Below, one piece after another: positions 24,950 through 37,595 of a DNA stretch of 64,000 nt. The stretch lies in contig NC_092670.1 of NCBI RefSeq assembly GCF_964355755.1, positions 27,578,388 through 27,642,387 on the forward strand, written 5' to 3'. Each line of letters opens with the position of its first letter. Position 1 is the first letter of the stretch. The notes below the pieces were generated by a model. It searched no databases. It saw only the letters and a program-made list of their open reading frames with translations, and had not been told where the DNA came from. This DNA is from Antedon mediterranea. Taxonomy: Eukaryota; Animalia; Echinodermata. A program made the position numbers and the translations under genes.

Positions 24950-27230
24950 CTCCAAATGCGATTTGAAGCTATTCTAAGCACTTTGCTGTTTTGTGTGAAT
25001 AATTTTTGTCGAAATGCTCAAAATGGTCAAAAACGTTTTTAAATACGATATTAAGCTATTTTGTGCTCTTTGATGTTTTTGTGTGAAAAGTTTTATCGAA
25101 ATGCTCAAAATGGTCTAAAACGGTTTCTAATGTGATTTTAAGCACTTTGATGTTTTTATGTTAACAACTTTTTTAGAAAATCACAAAATGGTCTAAAACG
25201 TCTCCAAATGCGATTTGAAGCAATTCTAAGCACTTTGGTGTTTTTATGGTAACGAGTTTTTTTGAATATCACAAAATGGTCTAAAATGTCTCCAAATGCG
25301 ATTTGAAGCTTTTCTAAGCACTTTGGTGTTTTTATGTTAACAAGTTTTTTCGAAAATCACAAAATGGTCTAAAACGTCTCCAAATGCGATTTGAAGCTAT
25401 TCTGTACACTTTGCTGTTTTGTGTGAATAATTTTTGTCGAAATGCTCAAAATGGTCAAAAACGTTTTTAAATACGATATTAAGCTATTTTGTGCTCTTTT
25501 ATGTTTTTGTGTGAAAAGTTTTATCGAAATGCTCAAAATGGTCTAAAACGGTTTCTAATGTGATTTTAAGCACTTTGATGTTTTTATGTTAACAACTTTT
25601 TTAGAAAATCACAAAATGGTCTAAAACGTCTCCAAATGCGATTTGAAGCAATTCTAAGCACTTTGGTGTTTTTATGGTAACGAGTTTTTTTGAATATCAC
25701 AAAATGGTCTAAAATGTCTCCAAATGCGATTTGAAGCTTTTCTAAGCACTTTGGTGTTTTTATGGTAACGAGTTATTTCGAAAATCACAAAATGGTCTAA
25801 AACGTCTCCAAATGCGATTTGAAGCTATTCTGTACACTTTGCTGTTTTGTGTGAATAATTTTTGTCAAAATGCTCAAAATGGTCAAAAACGTTTTTAAAT
25901 ACTATATTAAGCTATTTTGTGCTCTTTGATGTTTTTGTGTGAAAAGTTTTATCGAAATGCTCAAAATGGTCTAAAACGGTTTCTAATGTGATTTTAAGCA
26001 CTTTGATGTTTTTATGTTAACAACTTTTTTAGAAAATTACAAAATGGTGTAAAACGTCTCCAAATGCGATTTGAAGCTATTCTAAGCAATTTGGTGTTTT
26101 TATGTTAACAAGTTTTTTCGAAAATCACAAAATGGTCTAAAACGTCTCCAAATGCGATTTGAAGCTATTCTAAGCACTTTTGTGTTTTTATGTTAACAAG
26201 TTTTTTCGAAAATCACAAAATGGTCTAAAATGTCTCCAAATGCGATTTGAAGCTTTTCTAAGCACTTTTGTGTTTTTATGTTTACAAGTTTTTTCGAAAA
26301 TCACAAAATGGTCTAAAACGTCTCCAAATGCGATTTGAAGCTATTCTGTACACTTTGCTGTTTTGTGTGAATAATTTTTGTCAAAATGCTCAAAATGGTC
26401 AAAAACGTTTTTAAATACTATATTAATCTATTTTGTGTTCTTTGATGTTTTTATGTGAAAAGTTTTATCGAAATGCTCAAAATGGTCTAAAACGGTTTCT
26501 AATGTGATTTTAAGAACTTTGATGTTTTTATGTTAAAAACTTTTTTAGAAAATCACAAAATGGTCTAAAACGTCTCCAAATGCGATTTGAAGCAATTCTA
26601 AGCACTTTGGTGTTTTTATGTTAACACGTTTTTTCGAAAATCACAAAATGGTCTACAACGTCTCCAAATGCGATTTGAAGCTATTCTAAGCACTTTGGTG
26701 TTTTTATGTTAACAAGTTTTTTCGAAAATCACAAAGTGGTATAAAACGTCTCCAAATGCGATTTTAATGTATTCTAAGCACTTTGGTGTTTTTATGTTAA
26801 CAAGTTTTTTCGAAAATCACAAAATGGTCTAAAACGTCTCCAAATGTGATTTGAAGCTATTCTAAACACTTTGGTGTTTTTATGTTAACAAGTTTTTTCG
26901 AAAATCACAAATTGGTCTAAAACGTCTCCAAATGCGATTTGAAGCTATTTTAAGCACTTTGGTGTTTTTGTGTAACCAAGTTTTTTCGAAAATCACAAAA
27001 GGGTCTAAAATGTCTCAAAATGCGATTTGAAGCTATTCTGTACACTTTGATGTTTTTATGTTAACAACTTTTTTAGAAAATAACAAAATGGTCTAAAACG
27101 TCTCCAAATGCGATTTGAAGCAATTCTAAGCACTTTGGTGTTTTTATGGTAACGAGTTTTTTTGAATATCACAAAATGGTCTAAAATGTCTCCAAATGCG
27201 ATTTGAAGCTTTTCTAAGCACTTTGGTGTT
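24950..27230 (+). repeat. Dispersed copy of the block at window positions 1-~2280 (offset 24949)
   Basis: taagcactttgctg-type B start at 31/24980, then the same order of variants including gttaacacgt, ggtctacaac and cacaaagtggtata. Confidence 0.85.
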
Positions 27231-28268
27231 TTTATGTTTACAAGTTTTTTCGAAAATCACAAAATGGTCTAAAACGGCTCCAAATACGATTTGAAGCTAT
27301 TCTAAGCACTTTGGTGTTTTTATGTTAACAAGTTTTTTCGAAAATCACAAAATGGTCTAAAACGTCTCCAAATGCGATTTGAAGCTATTCTAAGCACTTT
27401 GGTGTTTTTATGTTAACAAGTTTTTTCGAAAATCACAAAATGGTGTAAAACGTCTCCAAATGCGATTTGAAGCTATTCTAAGCAATTTTGTGTTTTTATG
27501 TTAACAAGTTTTTTCGAAAATCACAAAATGGTCTAAAACGTCTCCAAATGCGATTTGAAGCTATTCTAAGCACTTTTGTGTTTTTATGTTAACAAGTTTT
27601 TTCGAAAATCACAAAATGGTCTAAAATGTCTCAAAATGCGATTTGAAGCTATTCTGTACACTTTGCTGTTTTGTGTGAATAATTTTTGTCAAAATGCTCA
27701 AAATGGTCAAAAACGTTTTTAAATACTATATTAAGCTATTTTGTGTTCTTTGATGTTTTTGTGTGAAAAGTTTTTTCGAAATGCTCAAAATGGTCTAAAA
27801 CGGTTTCTAATGTGATTTTAAGCACTTTGATGTTTTTATGTTAACAACTTTTTTAGAAAATTACAAAATGGTCTAAAACGTTTCCAAATGCGATTTGAAG
27901 CAATTCTAAGCACTTTGGTGTTTTTATGTTAACAAGTTTTTTCGAAAATCACAAAATGGTCTAAAACGTCTCCAAATGCGATTTGAAGCTATTCTGTACA
28001 CTTTGCTGTTTTGTGTGAATAATTTTTGTCGAAATGCTCAAAATGGTCAAAAACGTTTTTAAATACGATATTAAGCTATTTTGTGCTCTTTGATGTTTTT
28101 GTGTGAAAAGTTTTATCGAAATGCTCAAAATGGTCTAAAACGGTTTCTAATGTGATTTTAAGCACTTTGATGTTTTTATGTTAACAACTTTTTTAGAAAA
28201 TCACAAAATGGTCTAAAACGTCTCCAAATGCGATTTGAAGCTTTTCTAAGCACTTTGGTGTTTTTATG

Positions 28269-31200
28269 TTTACAAGTTTTTTCGAAAATCACAAAATGGT
28301 CTAAAACGGCTCCAAATACGATTTGAAGCTATTCTAAGCACTTTGGTGTTTTTATGTTAACAAGTTTTTTCGAAAATCACAAAATGGTCTAAAACGTCTC
28401 CAAATGCGATTTGAAGCTATTCTAAGCACTTTGGTGTTTTTATGTTAACAAGTTTTTTCGAAAATCACAAAATGGTGTAAAACGTCTCCAAATGCGATTT
28501 GAAGCTATTCTAAGCAATTTTGTGTTTTTATGTTAACAAGTTTTTTCGAAAATCACAAAATGGTCTAAAACGTCTCCAAATGCGATTTGAAGCTATTCTA
28601 AGCACTTTTGTGTTTTTATGTTAACAAGTTTTTTCGAAAATCACAAAATGGTCTAAAATGTCTCAAAATGCGATTTGAAGCTATTCTGTACACTTTGCTG
28701 TTTTGTGTGAATAATTTTTGTCAAAATGCTCAAAATGGTCAAAAACGTTTTTAAATACTATATTAAGCCATTTTGTGTTCTTTGATGTTTTTGTGTGAAA
28801 AGTTTTTTCGAAATGCTCAAAATGGTCTAAAACGGTTTCTAATGTGATTTTAAGCACTTTGATGTTTTTATGTTAACAACTTTTTTAGAAAATTACAAAA
28901 TGGTCTAAAACGTCTCCAAATGCGATTTGAAGCAATTCTAAGCACTTTGGTGTTTTTATGTTAACAAGTTTTTTCGAAAATCACAAAATGGTCTAAAACG
29001 TCTCCAAATGCGATTTGAAGCTATTCTGTACACTTTGCTGTTTTGTGTGAATAATTTTTGTTGAAATGCTTAAAATGGTCAAAAACGTTTTTAAATACGA
29101 TATTAAGCTATTTTTTGCTCTTTGATGTTTTTGTGTGAAAAGTTTTATCGAAATGCTCAAAATGGTCTAAAACGGTTTCTAATGTGATTTTAAGCACTTT
29201 GGTGTTTTTATGTTAAAAATTTTTTTCGAAAATCACAAAATGGTCTAAAATGTCTCCAAATGCGATTTGAAGCTTTTCTAAGCACTTTGGTGTTTTTATG
29301 TTAACAAGTTTTTTCGAAAATCACAAAATGGTCTAAAACGTCTCCAAATGTGATTTGAAGCTATTCTAAACACTTTGGTGTTTTTATGTTAACAAGTTTT
29401 TTCGAAAATCACAAATTGGTCTAAAACGTCTCCAAATGCGATTTGAAGCTATTTTAAGCACTTTGGTGTTTTTGTGTAACCAAGTTTTTTCGAAAATCAC
29501 AAAAGGGTCTAAAATGTCTCAAAATGCGATTTGAAGCTATTCTGTACACTTTGATGTTTTTTTGTTAACAAGTTTTTTCGAAAGTCACAAAATGGTCTAA
29601 AAAGTCTCCAAATGCGATTTGAAGCTATTCTAAGCACTTTGGTGTTTTTATGTTAACAAGTTTTATCGAAAATCACAAAATGGTGTAAAACGTCTCCAAA
29701 TGCGATTTGAAGCTATTCTAAGCACTTTGGTGTTTTTATGTTAACAAGTTTTTTCGAAAATCACAAAATGGTGTAAAACGTCTCCAAATGCGATTTTAAG
29801 CTATTCTAAGCAATTTGGTGTTTTTATGTTAACAAGTTTTTTCGAAAATCACAAAATGGTCTAAAACGTCTCCAAATGCGATTTGAAGCTATTCTGTACA
29901 CTTTGCTGTTTTGTGAGAATAATTTTTGTCGAAATGCTCAAAATGGTCAAAAACGTTTTTAAATACGATATTAAGCTATTTTGTGCTCTTTGATGTTTTT
30001 GTGTGAAAAGTTTTATCGAAATGCTCAAAATGGTCTAAAACGGTTTCTAATGTGATTTTAAGCACTTTGATGTTTTTATGTTAACAACTTTTTTAGAAAA
30101 TTACAAAATGGTGTAAAACGTCTCCAAATGCGATTTGAAGCTATTCTAAGCAATTTCGTGTTTTTATGTTAACAAGTTTTTTCGAAAATCACAAAATGGT
30201 CTAAAACGTCTCCAAATGCGATTTGAAGCTATTCTAAGCACTTTTGTGTTTTTATGTTAACAAGTTTTTTCGAAAATCACAAAATGGTCTAAAATGTCTC
30301 CAAATGCGATTTTAAGGTATTCTAAGCACTTTGGTGTTTTTATGTTAACAAGTTTTTTCGAAAATCACAAAATGGTCTAAAACGTCTACAAATGCGATTT
30401 GAAGCTATTCTAAGCACTTTGGTGTTTTTATGTTAACAAGTTTTTTCGAAAATCACAAAATGGTATAAAACGTCTCCAAATGCGATTTGAAGATTTTCTA
30501 AGCACTTTGGTGTTTTTATGTTTACAAGTTTTTTCGAAAATCACAAAATGGTCTAAAACGTCTCCAAATGCGATTTGAAGCTATTCTGTACACTTTGCTG
30601 TTTTGTGTGAATAATTTTGTCAAAATGCTCAAAATGGTCAAAAACGTTTTTAAATACTATATTAAGCTATTTTGTGTTCTTTGATGTTTTTGTGTGAAAA
30701 GTTTTATCGAAATGCTCAAAATGGTCTAAAACGGTTTCTAATGAAATGATTTTAAGAACTTTGATGTTTTTATGTTAACAACTTTTTTAGAAAATCACAA
30801 AATGGTCTAAAACGTCTCCAAATGCGATTTGAAGCAATTCTAAGCACTTTGGTGTTTTTATGTTAACAAGTTTTTTCAAAAATCACAAAATGGTATAAAA
30901 CGTCTCCAAATGCGATTTTAAGGTATTCTAAGCACTTTGGTGTTTTTATGTTAACAAGTTTTTTCGAAAATCACAAAATGGTCTAAAACGTCTACAAATG
31001 CGATTTGAAGCTATTCTAAGCACTTTGGTGTTTTTATGTTAACAAGTTTTTTCGAAAATCACAAAATGGTATAAAACGTCTCCAAATGCGATTTTAAGCT
31101 ATTCTAAGCAATTTGGTGTTTTTATGTTAACAAGTTTTTTCGAAAATCACAAAATGGTCGAAAATGTCACAAAATGCGATTTGAAGCTATTCTAAGCACT

Positions 31201-34200
31201 TTGGTGTTATTATGTTAACAAGTTTTTTCGAAAATCACAAATTGGTCTAAAACGTCTCCAAATGCGATTTGAAGCTATTTTAAGCACTTTGGTGTTTTTG
31301 TGTAACCAAGTTTTTTCGAAAATCACAAAAGGGTCTAAAATGTCTCAAAATGCGATTTGAAGCTATTCTGTACACTTTGATGTTTTTTTGTTAACAAGTT
31401 TTTTCGAAAGTCACAAAATGGTCTAAAACGTCTCCAAATGCGATTTGAAGCTATTCTAAGCACTTTGGTGTTTTTATGTTAACAAGTTTTTTCGAAAATC
31501 ACAAAATGGTGTAAAACGTCTCCAAATGCGATTTGAAGCTATTCTAAGCACTTTGGTGTTTTTATGTTAACAAGTTTTTTCGAAAATCACAAAATGGTGT
31601 AAAACTTCTCCAAATACGATTTTAAGCTATTCTAAGCAATTTGGTGTTTTTATGTTAACAAGTTTTTTCGAAAATCACAAAATGGTCTAAAACGTCTCCA
31701 AATGCGATTTGAAGCTATTCTGTACACTTTGCTGTTTTGTGTGAATAATTTTTGTTGAAATGCTCAAAATGGTCAAAAACGTTTTTAAATACTATATTAA
31801 GCTATTTTGTGTTCTTTGATGTTTTTGTGTGAAAAGTTTTATCGAAATGCTCAAAATGGTCTAAAACTGTTTCTAATGTGATTTTAAGCACTTTGATGTT
31901 TTTATGTTAACAACTTTTTTAGAAAATCACAAAATGGTCTAAAACGTCTCCAAATGCGATTTGAAGCAATTCTAAGCACTTTGGTGTTTTTATGTTAACA
32001 AGTTTTTTCGAAAATCACAAAATGGTATAAAACGTCTCCAAATGCGATTTGAAGCAATTCTAAGCACTTTGGTGTTTTTATGTTAACAAGTTTTTTCGAA
32101 AATCACAAAATGGTATAAAACGTCTCCAAATGCGATTTTAAGGTATTCTAAGCACTTTGGTGTTTTTATGTTAACAAGTTTTTTCGAAAATCACAAAATG
32201 GTCTAAAACGTCTCCAAATGCGATTTGAAGCTATTCTGTACACTTTGCTGTTTTGTGTGAATAATTTTTGTCGAAATGCTCAAAATGGTCAAAAACGTTT
32301 TTAAATACGATATTAAGCTATTTTGTGCTCTTTGATGTTTTTGTGTGAAAAGTTTTATCGAAATGCTCAAAATGGTCTAAAACGGTTTCTAATGTGATTT
32401 TAAGCACTTTGATGTTTTTATGTTAACAACTTTTTTAGAAAATCACAAAATGGTCTAAAACGTCTCCAAATGCGATTTGAAGCAATTCTAAGCACTTTGG
32501 TGTTTTTATGGTAACGAGTTTTTTTGAATATCACAAAATGGTCTAAAATGTCTCCAAATGCGATTTGAAGCTAATCTGTACACTTTGATGTTTTTTTGTT
32601 AACAAGTTTTTTCGAAAGTCACAAAATGGTCTAAAACGTCTCCAAATGCGATTTGAAGCTATTCTAAGCACTTTGGTGTTTTTATTTTAACAAGTTTTTT
32701 CGAAAATCACAAAATGGTGTAAAACGTCTCCAAATGCGATTTGAAGCTATTCTAAGCACTTTGGTGTTTTTATGTTAACAAGTTTTTTCGAAAATCACAA
32801 AATGGTGTAAAACTTCTCCAAATACGATTTTAAGCTATTCTAAGCAATTTGGTGTTTTTATGTTAACAAGTTTTTTCGAAAATCACAAAATGGTCTAAAA
32901 CGTCTCCAAATGCGATTTGAAGCTATTCTGTACACTTTGCTGTTTTGTGTGAATAATTTTTGTTGAAATGCTCAAAATGGTCAAAAACGTTTTTAAATAC
33001 TATATTAAGCTATTTTGTGTTCTTTGATGTTTTTGTGTGAAAAGTTTTATCGAAATGCTCAAAATGGTCTAAAACAGTTTCTAATGTGATTTTAAGCACT
33101 TTGATGTTTTTATGTTAACAACTTTTTTAGAAAATCACAAAATGGTCTAAAACGTCTCCAAATGCGATTTGAAGCAATTCTAAGCACTTTGGTGTTTTTA
33201 TGTTAACAAGTTTTTTCGAAAATCACAAAATGGTATAAAACGTCTCCAAATGCGATTTGAAGCAATTCTAAGCACTTTGGTGTTTTTATGTTAACAAGTT
33301 TTTTCGAAAATCACAAAATGGTATAAAACGTCTCCAAATGCGATTTTAAGGTATTCTAAGCACTTTGGTGTTTTTATGTTAACAAGTTTTTTCGAAAATC
33401 ACAAAATGGTCTAAAACGTCTCCAAATGCGATTTGAAGCTATTCTGTACACTTTGCTGTTTTGTGTGAATAATTTTTGTCGAAATGCTCAAAATGGTCAA
33501 AAACGTTTTTAAATACGATATTAAGCTATTTTGTGCTCTTTGATGTTTTTGTGTGAAAAGTTTTATCGAAATGCTCAAAATGGTCTAAAACGGTTTCTAA
33601 TGTGATTTTAAGCACTTTGATGTTTTTATGTTAACAACTTTTTTAGAAAATCACAAAATGGTCTAAAACGTCTCCAAATGCGATTTGAAGCAATTCTAAG
33701 CACTTTGGTGTTTTTATGGTAACGAGTTTTTTTGAATATCACAAAATGGTCTAAAATGTCTCCAAATGCGATTTGAAGCTAATCTGTACACTTTGATGTT
33801 TTTTTATTAACAAGTTTTTTCGAAAGTCACAAAATGGTCTAAAACGTCTCCAAATGCGATTTGAAGCTATTCTAAGCACTTTGGTGTTTTTATTTTAACA
33901 AGTTTTTTCGAAAATCACAAAATGGTGTAAAACGTCTCCAAATGCGATTTGAAGCTATTCTAAGCACTTTGGTGTTTTTATGTTAACAAGTTTTTTCGAA
34001 AATCACAAAATGGTGTAAAACTTCTCCAAATACGATTTTAAGCTATTCTAAGCAATTTGGTGTTTTTATGTTAACAAGTTTTTTCGAAAATCACAAAATG
34101 GTCTAAAACGTCTCCAAATGCGATTTGAAGCAATTCTAAGCACTTTGGTGTTTTTATGTTAACAAGTTTTTTCGAAAATCACAAAATGGTATAAAACGTC

Positions 34201-37200
34201 TCCAAATGCGATTTTAAGGTATTCTAAGCACTTTGGTGTTTTTATGTTAACAAGTTTTTTCGAAAATCACAAAATGGTCTAAAACGTCTCCAAATGCGAT
34301 TTGAAGCTATTCTGTACACTTTGCTGTTTTGTGTGAATAATTTTTGTCGAAATGCTCAAAATGGTCAAAAACGTTTTTAAATACTATATTAAGCTATTTT
34401 GTGCTCTTTGATGTTTTTGTGTGAAAAGTTTTATCGAAATGCTCAAAATGGTCTAAAACGGTTTCTAATGTGATTTTAAGCACTTTGATGTTTTTATGTT
34501 AACAACTTTTTTAGAAAATTACAAAATGGTGTAAAACGTCTCCAAATGCGATTTGAAGCTATTCTAAGCAATTTGGTGTTTTTATGTTAACAAGTTTTTT
34601 CGAAAATCACAAAATGGTCTAAAACGTCTCCAAATGCGATTTGAAGCTATTCTAAGCACTTTTGTGTTTTTATGTTAACAAGTTTTTTCGAAAATCACAA
34701 AATGGTCTAAAATGTCTCCAAATGCGATTTGAAGCTTTTCTAAGCACTTTTGTGTTTTTATGTTTACAAGTTTTTTCGAAAATCACAAAATGGTCTAAAA
34801 CGTCTCCAAATGCGATTTGAAGCTATTCTGTACACTTTGCTGTTTTGTGTGAATAATTTTTGTCAAAATGCTCAAAATGGTCAAAAACGTTTTTAAATAC
34901 TATATTAAGCTATTTTGTGTTCTTTGATGTTTTTATGTGAAAAGTTTTATCGAAATGCTCAAAATGGTCTAAAACGGTTTCTAATGTGATTTTAAGAACT
35001 TTGATGTTTTTATGTTAAAAACCTTTTTTAGAAAATCACAAAATGGTCTAAAACGTCTCCAAATGCGATTTGAAGCAATTCTAAGCACTTTGGTGTTTTT
35101 ATGTTAACATGTTTTTTCGAAAATCACAAAATGGTCTACAACGTCTCCAAATGCGATTTGAAGATATTCTAAGCACTTTGGTGTTTTTATGTTAACAAGT
35201 TTTTTCGAAAATCACAAAGTGGTATAAAACGTCTCCAAATGCGATTTTAAGGTATTCTAAGCACTTTGGTGTTTTTATGTTAACAAGTTTTTTCGAAAAT
35301 CACAAAATGGTCTAAAACGTCTCCAAATGTGATTTGAAGCTATTCTAAACACTTTGGTGTTTTTATGTTAACAAGTTTTTTCGAAAATCACAAATTGGTC
35401 TAAAACGTCTCCAAATGCGATTTGAAGCTATTTTAAGCACTTTGGTGTTTTTGTGTAACCAAGTTTTTTCGAAAATCACAAAAGGGTCTAAAATGTCTCA
35501 AAATGCGATTTGAAGCTATTCTGTACACTTTGATGTTTTTATGTTAACAACTTTTTTAGAAAATCACAAAATGGTCTAAAACGTCTCCAAATGCGATTTG
35601 AAGCAATTCTAAGCACTTTGGTGTTTTTATGGTAACGAGTTTTTTTGAATATCACAAAATGGTCTAAAATGTCTCCAAATGCAATTTGAAGCTTTTCTAA
35701 GCACTTTGGTGTTTTTATGTTAACAAGTTTTTTCGAAAATCACAAAATGGTCTAAAACGTCTCCAAATGCGATTTGAAGCTATTCTGTACACTTTGCTGT
35801 TTTGTGTGAATAATTTTTGTCGAAATGCTCAAAATGGTCAAAAACGTTTTTAAATACGATATTAAGCTATTTTGTGCTCTTTGATGTTTTTGTGTGAAAA
35901 GTTTTATCGAAATGCTCAAAATGGTCTAAAACGGTTTCTAATGTGATTTTAAGCACTTTGATGTTTTTATGTTAACAACTTTTTTCGAAAATCACAAAAT
36001 GGTCTAAAACGTCTCCAAATGCGATTTGAAGCTATTCTAAGCACTTTGGTGTTTTTATGTTAACAAGTTTTTTCGAAAATCACAAAATGGTGTAAAACGT
36101 CTCCAAATGCGATTTGAAGCTATTCTAAGCAATTTTGTGTTTTTATGTTAACAAGTTTTTTCGAAAATCACAAAATGGTCTAAAATGTCTCAAAATGCGA
36201 TTTGAAGCTATTCTGTACACTTTGCTGTTTTGTGTGAATAATTTTTGTCAAAATGCTCAAAATGGTCAAAAACGTTTTTAAATACTATATTAAGCTATTT
36301 TGTGTTCTTTGATGTTTTTGTGTGAAAAGTTTTTTCGAAATGCTCAAAATGGTCTAAAACGGTTTCTAATGTGATTTTAAGCACTTTGATGTTTTTATGT
36401 TAACAACTTTTTTAGAAAATTACAAAATGGTCTAAAACGTCTCCAAATGCGATTTGAAGCAATTCTAAGCACTTTGGTGTTTTTATGTTAACAAGTTTTT
36501 TCGAAAATCACAAAATGGTCTAAAACGTCTCCAAATGCGATTTGAAGCTATTCTGTACACTTTGCTGTTTTGTGTGAATAATTTTTGTTGAAATGCTCAA
36601 AATGGTCAAAAACGTTTTTAAATACGATATTAAGCTATTTTGTGCTCTTTGATGTTTTTGTGTGAAAAGTTTTATCGAAATGCTCAAAATGGTCTAAAAA
36701 GGTTTCTAATGTGATTTTAAGCACTTTGGTGTTTTTATGTTAACAAGTTTTTTCGAAAATCACAAAATGGTCTAAAATGTCTCCAAATGCGATCTGAAGC
36801 TTTTCTAAGCACTTTGGTGTTTTTATGTTAACAAGTTTTTTCGAAAATCACAAAATGGTCTAAAACGTCTCCAAATGTGATTTGAAGCTATTCTAAACAC
36901 TTTGGTGTTTTTATGTTAACAAGTTTTTTCGAAAATCACAAATTGGTCTAAAACGTCTCCAAATGCGATTTGAAGCTATTTTAAGCACTTTGGTGTTTTT
37001 GTGTAACCAAGTTTTTTCGAAAATCACAAAAGGGTCTAAAATGTCTCAAAATGCGATTTGAAGTTATTCTGTACACTTTGATGTTTTTTTGTTAACAAGT
37101 TTTTTCGAAAGTCACAAAATGGTCTAAAAAGTCTCCAAATGCGATTTGAAGCTATTCTAAGCACTTTGGTGTTTTTATGTTAACAAGTTTTATCGAAAAT

Positions 37201-37595
37201 CACAAAATGGTGTAAAACGTCTCCAAATGCGATTTGAAGCTATTCTAAGCACTTTGGTGTTTTTATGTTAACAAGTTTTTTCGAAAATCACAAAATGGTG
37301 TAAAACGTCTCCAAATGCGATTTTAAGCTATTCTAAGCAATTTGGTGTTTTTATGTTAACAAGTTTTTTCGAAAATCACAAAATGGTCTAAAACGTCTCC
37401 AAATGCGATTTGAAGCTATTCTGTACACTTTGCTGTTTTGTGAGAATAATTTTTGTCGAAATGCTCAAAATGGTCAAAAACGTTTTTAAATACGATATTA
37501 AGCTATTTTGTGCTCTTTGATGTTTTTGTGTGAAAAGTTTTATCGAAATGCTCAAAATGGTCTAAAACGGTTTCTAATGTGATTTTAAGCACTTT
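28269..37595 (+). repeat. ~9.3 kb block, copy 2 of 6646-15720
   Basis: Same private markers in the same order; offset changes of +88, -88 and +252 match whole-monomer gains or losses. Confidence 0.92.
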
